Shown here: piece after piece, positions 39,095-51,049 of the stretch
How positions within the stretch are numbered: the stretch's first letter is position 1
Layout of the letters: each line of letters begins with the position of its first letter
Assembly: GCA_964016885.1 (NCBI GenBank)
Contig: OZ024740.1
Location: 219,108,001 to 219,172,000, forward strand
DNA: 64,000 nt
From: Eledone cirrhosa
Lineage: Eukaryota
Direction: 5' to 3'
Notes under the pieces: generated by a model
The model's database searches: none
What the model saw: only the letters and a program-made list of their open reading frames with translations
What the model was told of the DNA's origin: nothing
Made by a program: the position numbers and the translations under genes

Positions 39095-39851
39095 TTATAT
39101 AAAATGAAAATGGCTAACTTCACAGGTAGATTTGAGGTTTTGGACAACATGTGAGCATTCTTCAATGGTAGGTAATTTCGAATTTAACTATAAATAAACA
39201 AAACTTTTAGATAGTGTAAAGGGAGGTAACTATAAAAAAAACCCACAAAGCTTGGGAACTTGTGCAAAGTTAATAATTCCTTGAAATTAATATTTGTTAG
39301 TCTGGTCTATACCATTTTCTCAGAATGAATTTCACTTCATGTGGGCAGCGACTAAAGCAGTCAAGGTAAGTATTTAAGCTGTGTTTCTCTGAAGCCAGTT
39401 GCTAGAGTATATTCCACTTTTCTGAATTACATAATCAGCAAAACTTTGTCCCATTAACATAGGGGGTGAATTTTTCTAATATACTTCATTTAGTGGAAAA
39501 AAGTGTGCTGTTATTTTTAAGGTTTTGTGGTTTGTGAGCTGGGTGGTATGTTTTTTGTCAAGATGTCTGAAGGTTGTTTTGTGATTTAATTACCGGCTTT
39601 TGAACCGACTCTCAGACATTCTGACATAAGACTAGGCATAATTTTGGTAGTTCTGGTTGGTGGAGGTCAATTCTGTTTGATATATCACCACCTGAGTGTT
39701 GCACTGTTGATCTAGAGGACATGTCTCTAGTGGGCCATAAATACCAACAGATATTCCATACACTGAAAATAGGCTACTATTGTACAAATAACATTAAAGC
39801 CCACATCACCAGCAAATGCAAAAGCCTTCCACCTCATGGATGCTCATGTAG

Positions 39852-39899
39852 CAGGCTGAATGAGTTGGGGTGTATAACCCAACAAAACTTAAGTACCTG
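39852..39899 (+). ncRNA. Variant HHR (CTGAATGA core, GAAA replaced by AAAA)
   Basis: cagg-CTGAATGA-gttggg...cccaac-AAAA-cttaag-TA-cctg; stems I, II and palindromic stem III are intact. Confidence 0.6.
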
Positions 39900-39922
39900 T
39901 ATATATCCCTGTTGTAAATAAT

Positions 39923-39955
<33 letters not shown>

Positions 39956-39960
<5 letters not shown>

Positions 39961-40177
39961 AACGAGTAGGACCCCGACGGCGGAGCTCAAGCCGTTTCGA
40001 CGGCTAATTCTGGACTAAATAACAATTTTTATCCTGGTATTTGAATAGCCGAGCTTCTCAGGAGGTAATTCCATATATGGTAAAAGTGATTGTCACAAGG
40101 ATTGGTAAAAACTTTGTTGGTTAAGTTTGGTTAAGTTTGTTGATTAACTCAGCAGTCGGTGTCCTACTCGTTCCTAT
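39956..40177 (-). mobile_element. Fold-back cassette with about 30-bp arms enclosing an HHR-like motif (39984-40065)
   Basis: 'ataggaacgagtaggaccccgac' pairs with 'gtcggtgtcctactcgttcctat'; the minus strand reads ctc-CTGAGAAG-ctcggctattc...gaattagccgtc-GAAA-cggc-TT-gag. Confidence 0.6.
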
Positions 40178-40425
40178 TACCCACTCTACTACCCTAAGTA
40201 TTGAGTACTTTGGTGCGTTATGGTCCACCTGGTTCCTTACCACATTTCCTTCGTTATATATATATATATATATATATATGTTCGTTATATGACGTGGATG
40301 ATGATGAAGATGATATATACGCATTTATGTGCATACACACACATATATATATATATAAGTTTATCCCGGGTTCAATCAGGGGTAACTACAGTAAGTAAGG
40401 TACTCAATACAAAGCAGAGTATAAA

Positions 40426-40514
40426 TATTTAATATAGAAAAGCTTCTACAGGACTAGAACTGTTTGATTTCTCACGAATGAAACAGTTCTAGTCCTGTAG
40501 AAGCTTTTCTATAT

Positions 40515-40520
<6 letters not shown>
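40426..40520. repeat. Perfect 40-bp inverted repeat with 15-nt loop
   Basis: 40426-40465 is the exact reverse complement of 40481-40520. Confidence 0.95.
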
Positions 40521-40577
<57 letters not shown>

Positions 40578-40644
40578 ACATATGCATATATATCATCTTC
40601 ATCATTATTCTTGTCATGTAACAAACATTAAATAATGATGCTAA

Positions 40645-40842
40645 TAATAATTGTTTCTACTTTTGGCACAAGGCCAGCAATTACCCCAGTGCATTACTGG
40701 TGCATACTTTATTTTATCGACCCCGTAAGGATGAAAGGCAAAGTTAACTTCGGCGAGATTTGAACTAAGAATGGAAAGGGCCGTAACTCTATGCGTCAAA
40801 GCATGGCGTCCGACCCTCTACCGATACTGCCAATCCACCACC
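40645..40842 (-). mobile_element. Full-length family A SINE
   Basis: High identity to other copies. Confidence 0.88.
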
Positions 40843-42314
40843 CTTTGATGGTAATAATAATGATGATATATATGTGTGGGTGGGTGCGTGTCCATGCCTA
40901 TGCTTGTTTATGTCTCATAACTTAGCAATTTGACAAAAAGAGATCAATGAAATAAGTACCTAACTTGAAAAAAAAAAAAAGAACTGAGTTGATATTATTG
41001 ACTAAGCCTCTCCAAGTCAGTGCTCCAGCATGACCAGAGTCTAATGACTGAAACAAGTAAAAGTATGAAAGATAAAAAGAAAATAGAAGAGAATGGAAGA
41101 TAATGTAAAGACTGTTATTTGTGTAAGATAGATGATTTCATGAAAACAATATTTAGATAATAATGGATGAAGAAATTCATGATTAGTCTAGTGATTTCCA
41201 AATTAATGAACTTAGAACATTGGAGAAGAGAGAACATGGTTTTCTTTGAGGTTGAATTATGTAATATTGATAGAAAAACGTCTGAGATATCTAGTTCAGA
41301 CAATGTAGAAGTTAATTGGAAAAAAATCAAGGTAGGTAACGTCACCATTATTGATTTTTATTTATTATATAAGTATAAGGCCTCAAATTTATCGAAGAGA
41401 GAAAATGATATTGACTGACATTCAGGTATTTCATAAGAACTTCAATTAGTAACATAAGTTAAGTGAAGTAGTTATGCCCAGGAATCTAAACTGGGGTTTC
41501 AGTCATGGGTTTTGAGGTGTTCATCTATCACCAGTATTAAATGACTCCATTTATAAGGAAGGAACTTTGGTTTCTTATTCTATTATTGGTATGGAGAATG
41601 AACAATAAAAGTAACAAACAAAACAACAACAACGACAACAAAAAGAAACAAACAAAAAAGATTTGTGAACTATAAACCTTGGAGGTAAAAGATATGAAAG
41701 CACTAGATAAAATGAATAAATAGTGTTCTATATCGAATCAATATTCTTTGGAGATGTTCAGACTTGAAAGACAGCCTTAATTATGTTGGAAAAACATGAA
41801 GAAAATTCCGAATTGGAAAATGCTGCAGGTTTAGAGGAATTTCATGACTTTTGGCAAACTAGATTTCAAAGCGTGTGCATGTAAGAAAATATTTAGCTAA
41901 AAGCTTTGAGTAGCATCAATAACTTTTCTGTTCTGTTTAACAAAATACCAGAATAGTAGATAGAAAGAAAACAATAATGAATTACTAAACGAAATAGTTG
42001 GTCAATTCTAGTACAGGTTTTATTGATGAGAACTACAAGAAATAACTCGAAGATTTAGATCAAAATGGAATGCTATTACATGAACAGATGGAATGTAGAA
42101 AACTAGAGGAATGAAAAAAAACGATATTGAGAAGGGATGAATGAATAAAAAGAAAAATATGAGTAGAATATCATTGTTGCATTATGAGAAAATGAATTTG
42201 TGTAACACTAAATGCTTTAAAACCTTTTAAATAAATGATATACTTATCATCATAGTCATCATCATCATTGTCATCCTCATCATCATCATCCTCTTCACCA
42301 CCATCATACTCATT

Positions 42315-42345
<31 letters not shown>

Positions 42346-42819
42346 TCACCACCACCACCACCACCACGTTTTTTGGCATGCAGAGATAGGGTGTATCTAT
42401 TTTAAAACTGATATACACTGATGTTATATCCAAAAGAGTGTAGGAAAGATTTCAATATATATTTAGATTATAAAATGTGTATAAAAGCATAATTAAAATA
42501 TAATTCATGTATTTTAAGAAAAATAGCACCATGAGTAATTCATTTTTGATCTACTGTGTATTTTACAGGACACATGTTTAGAGATTTTTTCTCTGTATGT
42601 ATGTCTTAATTAGAACCATCAGATCCAAGCAAATTCTCAGCCTCATGTTCTCCAATGTTTGAAAACGTATCCTGCAAAATGCCACAACTTTAAGGCTTCA
42701 TTTTCAGAGCCAGAAATATTTCAGCTTTGAATAGCTATTAATAGCTGCCTAGTCTATAAAAACATCATTCACTAGAGTACTGTTCACACCAGACTGTCTC
42801 ATCTTTTACTTCATATTAA

Positions 42820-43010
42820 CCCTTTAGCATTTACATTACTCTATATATACTATTGTATTTTTGTGGTAAACATTTTATCTCACGAGATCTTGATATTATT
42901 TATTTTGAGAAGAATACCTTAATGTCAGTATTAGGGACTGGTTGTGGCTAGTTTGAACAGAAAGAGGTGAGAGAATTCTGGCTGGAATGGCTGGTTTAAA
43001 TGCTAAAGGG
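42820..43010. mobile_element. Intact piggyBac-like MITE
   Basis: 13-bp perfect TIR ccctttagcattt/aaatgctaaaggg with TTAA on both sides (42816-42819 and 43011-43014). Confidence 0.88.
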
Positions 43011-43374
43011 TTAATCACTCACTCCAATCATTCCTTCTCAGAACTAACCACCTTTCTTGAAATATTTTTCTTACCATATTCCTATATCTGGCAGTTCCTG
43101 ATCTATAGGTGATGGTATAATTCTAAAAGGGCTCTGAAGATAAAATCATTTCTTGTTAAATGATATGATAAAATCTAAAATGCTCATGAATATGTTATAT
43201 AAAGCCATACGAATTAGCGCCATAACACAAAATTTACTGCAACCCCACCAACCCCAAAACCTAAAGAATATTTCCTAAGGAAAATGTCAAATATTTATGA
43301 ATTAAATTCTTTAAATATTTATTTAAAGACTATGTTTGGTAATTGATTTGCTAAAATGGATCATAAGGGCTTAT

Positions 43375-45120
43375 TTCCAAGCCAAACTTTGTAGGCTTCC
43401 TTCTTTGTTTGGATGGCATCTTTGACCTCTTGATTGAACTAAGGGGTCCTCATGTCATTTGGAGCCACACCAAGCCTCTTTTCTTCATAGCATTTAACAG
43501 CTGAAGCAGAAACTGTTGATCTTATCAATCTCCACCCTGTCTTGATGTCCTCGGTTTGCTCAGGGAGTTCTCTGAATTTGGATGCAATAGTATCTGCATA
43601 CCTGGTCCTGAATTCCTTATCCATCAACGCTTCCCACAGGGTGAAGATGAAATCCGGTTGGAGATGTTAAAAGCCTTAAATAAAGAAGGTATTCTCTGGC
43701 TGACTTTTTTGTGCTGGGTGGCCTGGAATTTTGGAAAGGCACCTAAACAATGGCAATTGGGAGCAATAATCCCAATTTTCATAAAGGGAGACAAGAAAGA
43801 TTGTTCCAATTATTGAGGATCTCTTTGTTAAGCTTCACCTGTAAAGTCTATGCTAAGTATCTGGCAAAGAGATGGAGGGACATTGTCAAGTCCTAGCTAG
43901 TTGATGAACAGTACGGTTTTCAGCACAACTGACCAAATATTCATACTGCAGCAGGTCTTCAATAAATCGTGGGAGTATTCCCTAGAGGTATATTCTTGTT
44001 CTGTAGACATCAAAAAGGCATTTGACTGCATTTCTCAGGACCTGCTGTGGAATGTTCTGCAGGAGTATGGAATTGATAGTCAGCTTCTTGCTACCCTGGG
44101 TATTTGTGTTCAGATAAATGGTGTTAAGTCAAAACCATTCAATGTGGGAGTTGGACTCCACCAAGAGTGCGTACTGTCACCTCTCTGGTTCATTATTTTC
44201 ATGAACATGATTGACATGCGCAGCTGGGTTGGAAGTGGTATCATGACTAGCAGGTGTAAAATCAGTCAGCTGGAATGGAAGATAGTAGTACTAAACTAAA
44301 CTCAACAGAAGATGGTCTTCAACTTGCACTTGATAGGTTTGATGCCAAGTGCTGCATGGCTGGAATGAAAATCAATGCTGCAAAAACTGAGAAACTTGTC
44401 CTCTCAAGGAAGCCTGCACAATGCACTCTGCAAGTGAATGAAGTTCCACTGAAGTAGGTGAAGTTCAAATATCTCGAGACCATGTTTACAAGTGATAGAA
44501 GGAAGTAGGCTGAATTAAGTGCAAGAATTGCAAGAACTGGTGTGGCCATGCACCAACTTCAGCATTCGGTAATCAGAAGAAGGGAGGTAGGTGTAAAAGC
44601 CAAACATGCTATCTTCAATTCGGTAATTGTGCCAACCCTTACATATAGTCTTGGGTAATAACTGTAAGAAAATGATCGCGAATATAAGTGGTAGAAATGG
44701 GGTTTCTCCGAAGGGTCTTTGGAGTAATGTTACTCAATAGGGTACATAGCTCTGATATCAGAGAGTCACTGCTACTTCTCTGAATTGAGTGATCACAGTT
44801 CTGATACTATGGGCATGTGGTTAGAATGTCCCAGGAAATAATCGCTGGACAGATTTTACAGGCAAAACCAACTGGCAGGAAACTCAATGGTAGACCACGA
44901 GCAAGATGGTTAGATAACATCCATAAGTTCAGTTGGTCTCACTTGGAGATCCAATCAGATCAGTTGTGGATGGTTGCTTCTTACATGACCCACTGGAAGA
45001 AATGTCTGAGGACTCTGCCCCATGACTCTCTCAAGATTAAGTGAGAGAAGAAAAAGAAAAAGAAAAAGAAAAAGAAAAAGAAAAAGAAAAAGAAGAAAAA
45101 GAAGAAGAGGAAGAAGAAGC
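43375..45120 (+). mobile_element. Degraded LINE (second RTE-like family) with inverted 5' segment and GAA-rich tail
   Basis: Plus strand: GEDEIRLEMLK, IIPIFIKGDKKDCSNY, STTDQIFIL, DIKKAFD, VLSPLWF, GMKINAAKTE, GRPRARWLDNI. Minus 43375-43627 encodes a LINE linker-like peptide. Confidence 0.85.
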
Positions 45121-45240
45121 AATTGACTATAAATAAAATAGCCATTAGCATATCCCCTGAAGGGATTGAGAATATTCTGCACAATGAACTTGGCATGAAG
45201 AAGGGTTCTGCCCAATGGGTACCATGTCTTCTGACACCAG
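45121..45240 (+). pseudogene. mariner transposase fragment (HTH to WVP linker)
   Basis: Translates LTINKIAISISPEGIENILHNELGMKKGSAQWVPCLLTP, matching the mariner ILH..LGM.K..ARWVP..L motif. Confidence 0.8.
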
Positions 45241-45456
45241 ATTGTATGAAATATGGATAGAAGTAACATTAACCTTTTTCTTACTATATTTCTAATGAAG
45301 TACATAGCCTATAATTTTTAAACATTTAAAAAAAATCGAGAATTTGGAATGATTTAGTAAACTAACTTTGTGTTTGGAGCACAACTGATCAAAGATTCTT
45401 TTGTAGAATTGTGTTGAAAGGTTTTTAGATGGATTCTGCCCCAACGATCCTCTCAG

Positions 45457-45551
45457 GAAGAAGAAGAAGAAGAAGGAGAAGGAGAAGGAGAAGAAGAAGA
45501 AGAAGAAGAAGAAGAAGAAGAAGAAGAAGAAGAAGAAGAAGAAGAAGAAGA
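45457..45551. repeat. (GAA)n microsatellite
   Basis: Seen directly in the sequence. Confidence 0.95.
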
Positions 45552-46065
45552 ATGGTAAAGGGTTGGGAAATGTGACCATACAATCACAAAGTGGAAACTC
45601 TGGGAGATGGAGAGTTAAAGAAGCCACTATGAATAGCATAATTGAGTAATTTAGTCAGTATTTGAAGAAATGCTGGCAAGAGGAATATGTGTAGGAAAAG
45701 TGTCCCAGTAGGGAATTTGAAGAAGATTTCTATTTGCTTTCTATTTCAATGCAATTTCTTTCTCTGCTAAATTCCTTATGCATGCTCTTTCATCCATCAA
45801 CATTATTGATAGGATCCTATATTACAAAAATAAATGTAAACTCAGCCAAGGTCTTCCAGCTGCTATGTTATGTTTCTTGTTACATTTATTTCTATTACAA
45901 TTGGAGTTGTTATTGTTCTTGAAGTCATTGGGATTGTTGTTGTTGTTGTTGTTTAACCCAGTGGTGGACTGGGTCTAAAAATATTGGTTGCCAGGAGATA
46001 AAGGGGGCCCCACATATAGAATACTATTATTTAATTTTTATAATGAATAACATTTTAAAAAAGTA

Positions 46066-46266
46066 TTTAGACGACTTGTATTTGTGAATTTATGACTTGC
46101 AAAAATATTCAGAAGAATACGAATGGCTGGTGCGTATTTGTACAATCAGCTCCGAGAAAAATGCGTGTTGTCGCTCTGCATTTTTCTTGCCGGAGTGTCT
46201 GTGTTATTTTTATGACGTCCGCTTGTGACGTCTGAGCTATCACACCACAGGTGTCGCTTCGCTACA
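46066..46266 (-). repeat. 3' LTR
   Basis: About 7 mismatches in 201 bp versus 50849-51049 (counted by eye); purine tract 'ggaagagagc' just inside. Confidence 0.95.
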
Positions 46267-46420
46267 TATAGCTCTCTTCCAGATGACCAATCGATGAAGA
46301 AGTAAACATAAGTAGTGAGAAGCAATGTAAAGATAGGTAATAAACAAAAGAAATGTTTGCACAAGCAGCAAACAAAAGGCTAGGCACTCAAAAATGTAAC
46401 AACAGAAACATGCAAAACAA

Positions 46421-47790
46421 TCAATAAAATGCAACAAATCGTAAGAAAGACAAAAGCAAAGGGCTGCAACAAGGGCAGCTTAAATGTACACAGTTTGACA
46501 CAGTTTGTTTCCAAAAAGGCTCCAGTGACCAGTTCATATAATAAAAGTTTGGAAGAGTTATTTGGGCCAGTGGACTCTTCAACCGGAACGGGTCGTGGTC
46601 TTGTATCTTGGTGATGGGAGGGGGGAGAGAAACAGGTGTGTGTGCAAAAGAGAAAGATGGGGGTGTATGTGGCTCAGGTGTGTGAGCATCTGTGTGGGCC
46701 CGTTTAAGTCTATCAACCGCAATGGTCTCTCTGGATCCCTTAATGTCTACAGTGAAATGTTTATCAGAACGAGCTAATACACGGTAGGGTCCAGAGTACG
46801 GTTGTGTGAGAGGTTGTCTCACAGCATCGTTTCTTACGAACACATGGGTCCACGAGGCAATATCCCTCGGGACTGCAGCTTTTACAGTTTGTTTCCTCGT
46901 ATGCATCGGCGGCAGGTCCTGAAAATAAGAACGCAGACGGGATACGTAGGAAAGCGGATCTTGTGCAGCAAGATCGACAGGGGCAAGCATTTGCCCAGGT
47001 AACGCTAGAGGAGCACCATACAATAATTCGGCCGGGGAGAACCCAAGGTCCTCCTTTATTGATGACCGAATCCCCAACAACACAATAGGGAGGTACTCGC
47101 TCCAACGCGTAGAGTCAGGAGAAGTCCGTAGAGCGGCTTTTAGTTGTCGGTGGAAGCGCTCCACCATTCCATTAGATGCAGGATGATATGAAATTGTTCG
47201 GATGTGTTTAACGTCAATGATCTTCGTCAATTCGGAGAAGTTGTAATCGTGGTTGGCACTCCAACCTGATACTAGGGCACGCACTGTCGTTTCAGCAGTG
47301 ATGTCTTTCAAGGGGATGGCTTCAGGCCATCACGAAAAACGATCAATAACAGTCAATAGATAAGTATCACCACCACTGACTGGCCAAGGTCCCACAATGT
47401 CCACATGAATGTGCCGGAAACTGGCGTCCGGTGTACTGAAAGTACCGAGCGGGGCCTTAACGTGTTTATGGATTTTCGATTTCTGGCAAGCGATGCAGGA
47501 ACGGCACCAAGCAGTAATATCGCACCTCATATTTGGCCAGAAGAATCTGGATGTTATGAGCTTTACTGAGGCAGAAGATCCTGGGTGGGAAATGCTGTGT
47601 AAAGTAAGAAACACAGTATGACGATGGTTTAGCGGGACGAATGGTCTCGGTGAATCCACGGAAACGTCGCAGAGAATCTGTCCGTCTGCGGTGGGCAATG
47701 GCAAGTATTTCAAATTACTCGTCGCAAATTCGGCTGATGTAATATCCAACGATTCCAGTGCTGGTTGGTCTGCTGCCAAGTGATTTAAAT
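46421..47790 (-). pseudogene. pol: Integrase (HHCC and DDE domains), disrupted and internally deleted
   Basis: LHSISHPG...CRSCIAC, HIHVDIVGP, LTVIDRFS, YHPASNGMVERFHRQLK, PYSGPYRV (GPY/F motif). Confidence 0.9.
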
Positions 47791-48553
47791 CGATGTCGTA
47801 GGATGACGCAATCGAACTGATCGCAATCGAGACAGGGCGTCAGCGGCTGTGTTCAATGAGCCTGGAATGTGTTGGATGTTGTTTGTGAATTGCGAGATAA
47901 AGTCGAGATGTCTTGTTTCTCTGGGCGAGTACTTGTCGGACTTTGCCCTTAAAGCGAAGATCAAAGGTTTATGGTTAGTATAGATTGTAAAACACCTTCC
48001 TTCGCGCATGTTTCACGGAAAGGTAGATGGCTAACAGCTCCCGGCCAAAGGTGCTGTAGCGAGTTTCTGCAGGCTTCAACTTCCTGGAGAAAAATTCCAA
48101 TGGTTGTTGGTGATCGACACTACTCTGTTGTAAGACTGCACCCACTGCAGTATCCGACGCATCAACACAAAGCGAAAGCTTGGCACTGGACACTGGGTGG
48201 GCCAGCAAAGATGCACTAGCCGATGCAGATTTGGCTTTGTGAAAATCCTCGAGCTGAGTCTGAGTCAAAGAGATTTCCTTGTTCTTCTTGCGGCAATTTT
48301 TCAGAATCTCAGTAAGAAAAAAGAGTAGATTAGCACAATGAGGAACAAAATGTCCATAGAAATTTATCAGTCCTAGGAATTGTCGCAACTGACGAGGTGA
48401 GGTCGGCGGAGGCAAATCCTCTATAGCCTGAACTCGTTGAGCGAGGGGTCGAATACCCTCGTAGTCAATGACATGACCTAAAAAATTCAGTGATTCCGCA
48501 CCGAAAACACATTTTGTTGGATTTATTTGAACACGTAATCCCTGAGTCGACAA
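47785..48553 (-). pseudogene. pol: RT connection and RNase H, frameshifted
   Basis: LRQFLGLINFY, CVDASDTAVGAVLQQ, RYSTFGRELLAIY, FTIYTNHKPL, NTAADALSR. Confidence 0.9.
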
Positions 48554-49629
48554 AACAGAAGATTCAAATGACGTATGTGTTCTTCTCTGGAGGAACTAGC
48601 AATAAGCAGATCATCAATATAAGTGTAGACGAAGTCTAAACCACGAGTGACCTCATCCATGAACCGTTGAAAGGTGCTAGCAGCATTCCTAAGTCCGAAA
48701 GGCATGGTAAGAAATTCGAATGATCCAAATGGAGTTGTAATGGCCGTTTTCGGAATATCTTCTATCTTGACAGAAATTTGATGATAGTCTTGCACCAAAT
48801 CGAGCTTCGAGAAAATTTTACATCCCTGCAACGACGATGCAAAATCTTGCAGGTGAGGGATAGGGTATCTATCCGGGACAGTTATATCATTTAACTTCCT
48901 ATAATCCCCAGTGGGTCTCCTGTCGCCAGAAGTCTTGGGTATCATGTGCAACGGAGAAGCCCAAGGGCTCGTAGAAGGGCGAATTATGCCAAGCTGGAGC
49001 ATGTGGTCGAACTCGGACCGTGCTGCCTTCAATTTGTCCGCAGGCAAGCGACGAGGACGTGAGAACACTGGGGCGCCAGTTGTAGAGATAAAATTCTCTG
49101 TTGTGTAAGTCGCTTCGACAACTCGAAAATTTCCATGAGTAAGCTGTGGGTAAGAATTCATCAATGCATGGTAGGGATTCCCAGCATTAGCGATGAAAAG
49201 GGTCGGGCTAACCGTTGGAAAATTAGCTTTCTGGCCACGAAGAGAAAAACCAGTAATGTCGGCTACTAGGCGTCGGCCACGAACGTCCACCGTCAATGCA
49301 AAATGGTGTAGAAAATCCGCTCCCAAGATCGGATATGGTAGGTCAGCAACCGTAAAAATCCATTTGAATTCTCGTCGAAGATTTCTGAATTGCAGAGGAA
49401 GCGAGATTTGTCCAAAAGTCCGTATCGGCGAATGATTGACAGCTTGTAGATTCATTGGTGACTCAGGAGGAGTTTCTTTAACACAGTTCACCGGCCAAAT
49501 GCTGCAGGAGGCTCCCGTATCTACGAGGAAAGATCTTCCGAACAGGAGGTCCTCAATAAAGAAGTGGCGGTTTGGGTGTGTAGCACAGAGATCAGCTGCC
49601 GCCTTCAGTGACTCTGGTCTGCGTTTCCC
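48523..49629 (-). pseudogene. pol: Aspartic protease and reverse transcriptase
   Basis: [39 protein letters not shown]; the frame is open from the slippery site at 49629. Confidence 0.92.
49566..49629 (-). promoter_or_regulatory. -1 ribosomal frameshift signal (G GGA AAC plus putative pseudoknot)
   Basis: The heptamer is correctly phased in gag and the -1 frame is pol; a 6-nt spacer precedes the stem cagag/ctctg, and loop GGCGG is complementary to a downstream CCGCC. Confidence 0.75.
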
Positions 49630-50382
49630 GAAGTTAAATAGTTACACGGTGGCCGGCAGTGTTTTGCTTTATCAGCGAAGGTGGCATGATACCAGCAAAA
49701 AGACGAATTGCTGGCGGGTGAGCTGGCGTTACGGCGTGAAGTCGCGAAGGAACGCGAACGACTTCTTGGCCGCCTGGGAGATGGCCTACTCTCCCTACAT
49801 AATTTCGTGATTTGACGCGTCAATCGCCTTCAACATGTCATCCTGGTGTGTCGATACAGGTTGGTTCAGAAAAGTCGAAGAAGCAACAAGCGAGTCCAAC
49901 GAGGTAGCTTTCCTAGAGAATTCCACAATTCGATCGGCAGACGCAGCGATATGCTCCACCGAGCTCGAGTCCACTATGGTAGCTAATATAATCTGTACAT
50001 TGTTTGGCAAGCGAGAAAAAAATAGCTTTTTGATAAATGAACTATCCTCATCGGGCGATTCACTGAGGTCCCAAATGTGGCGTAAAAATTCGGACGGCGA
50101 CCTGTCGCCTAAACACTCGTCCTCCAATAATGCACGAAACCTGCTTTCAACAGAACGGTAGTTTCTCCTTAATATTTCCGTCCTCAACGAATCATACGAG
50201 GTACCGGTTAGCGGGTCTGTTATTAAATCTTTCACCGTGATGGCGAGCGACGAAGGTATACCACTAATCAAAACATTGAGTTTCTGCTCTGTTTTAATTC
50301 CATTTGCAGCAAAATATGCATCCAGTTGCGCAAACCAGAGTTTGGGCTCACCGGAGAACGCAGGTAAATTAGGACTACTCAT
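49605..50382 (-). pseudogene. gag: Gag, with one frameshift near 49810
   Basis: LPAFSGEPKLWFAQLDAYF, LGDRSPSEFLR, LFFSRLP, RPRSRSRS, CWYHATFADKAKHCRPPC. Confidence 0.9.
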
Positions 50383-50835
50383 TATTAACATGTATCAGTT
50401 CCACATAAAAAATACTAAATGATATCCAAGTAAAGAAATGCAACGCATGTTAGATGTTCAGAACAACGGGAAAACTACATAAATTTCCCTCAACATCCTT
50501 GAAAAAAGAAGAAATGCAAAATCCGGAATCGACAAGTCACAATAATTCAAGGCAGAAAAATTAAATGTTTTTTTTTTTTTTTTTTAAATTGGAGAAGGAG
50601 ATAGCATCACATGATGCGTCTCAGCCAATCAGATGGCTGCATTTCAGAGAAGAAAGACAATTGGCGGGAAAATTGGCAGACAAGTCAGCCATTGTGAATT
50701 TTTTTTTTTTGTGTTAAACGAACAATTTTCAATTTCGTTATTTTCACATAGCTGCAAGAAATACAATATTAGTTTCGTCAATTTTTTTTTCTATGTTTCT
50801 CTAGAAGTTTTTATAGAAGGCTGTGTGATGCATAA

Positions 50836-50847
50836 TCGGGGACACCA
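50836..50847 (-). promoter_or_regulatory. Primer-binding site, tRNA-Trp-like
   Basis: TGGTGTCCCCGA, 1 nt after the 5' LTR; one mismatch to TGGTGACCCCGA. Confidence 0.75.
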
Positions 50848-50848
50848 C

Positions 50849-51049
50849 TTTAGACGACTTGTATTTGTGTATTTATGACTTGCAAAAATATTCAGAAGAA
50901 TACGAATGGCTGGTGCGTGTTTGTACAATCAGCTCCAAGAAAAATGCGTGTTGACACTCTGCATTTTTCTTGCCGGAGTGTCTGTGTTATTTTTATGACG
51001 TCCGTTTGTGACGTCAGAGCTATCACACCACAGGTGTCGCTTCGCTACA
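50849..51049 (-). repeat. 5' LTR
   Basis: Direct repeat of 46066-46266. Confidence 0.95.

Larger units (their letters stand above)
39025..39920 (-). mobile_element. Rearranged Penelope-like remnant with inverted HHR-bearing ends
   Basis: Minus 39720-39560 translates CPLDQQCNTQVVIYQ...YVRMSESRFKSR*LNHKTTFRH (GIY-YIG). Plus 39735-39815 translates HKYQQIFHTLKIGYYCTNNIKAHITS (PLE linker). 39028-39096 is inverted at 39850-39918. Confidence 0.75.
46066..51049 (-). mobile_element. Ty3/Gypsy LTR retrotransposon, CsRn1-like clade, full length but decayed
   Basis: Two 201-bp LTRs, AGTA TSD (46062-46065 and 51050-51053), gag-PR-RT-RH-IN order, CHCC Gag knuckle, tRNA-Trp-like PBS. Confidence 0.95.

Noticed and set aside
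41100-42200. Purine-rich stretch that might be an ancient coding remnant
   Set aside because: No recognisable protein motif in any short ORF; a translated homology search would be needed.
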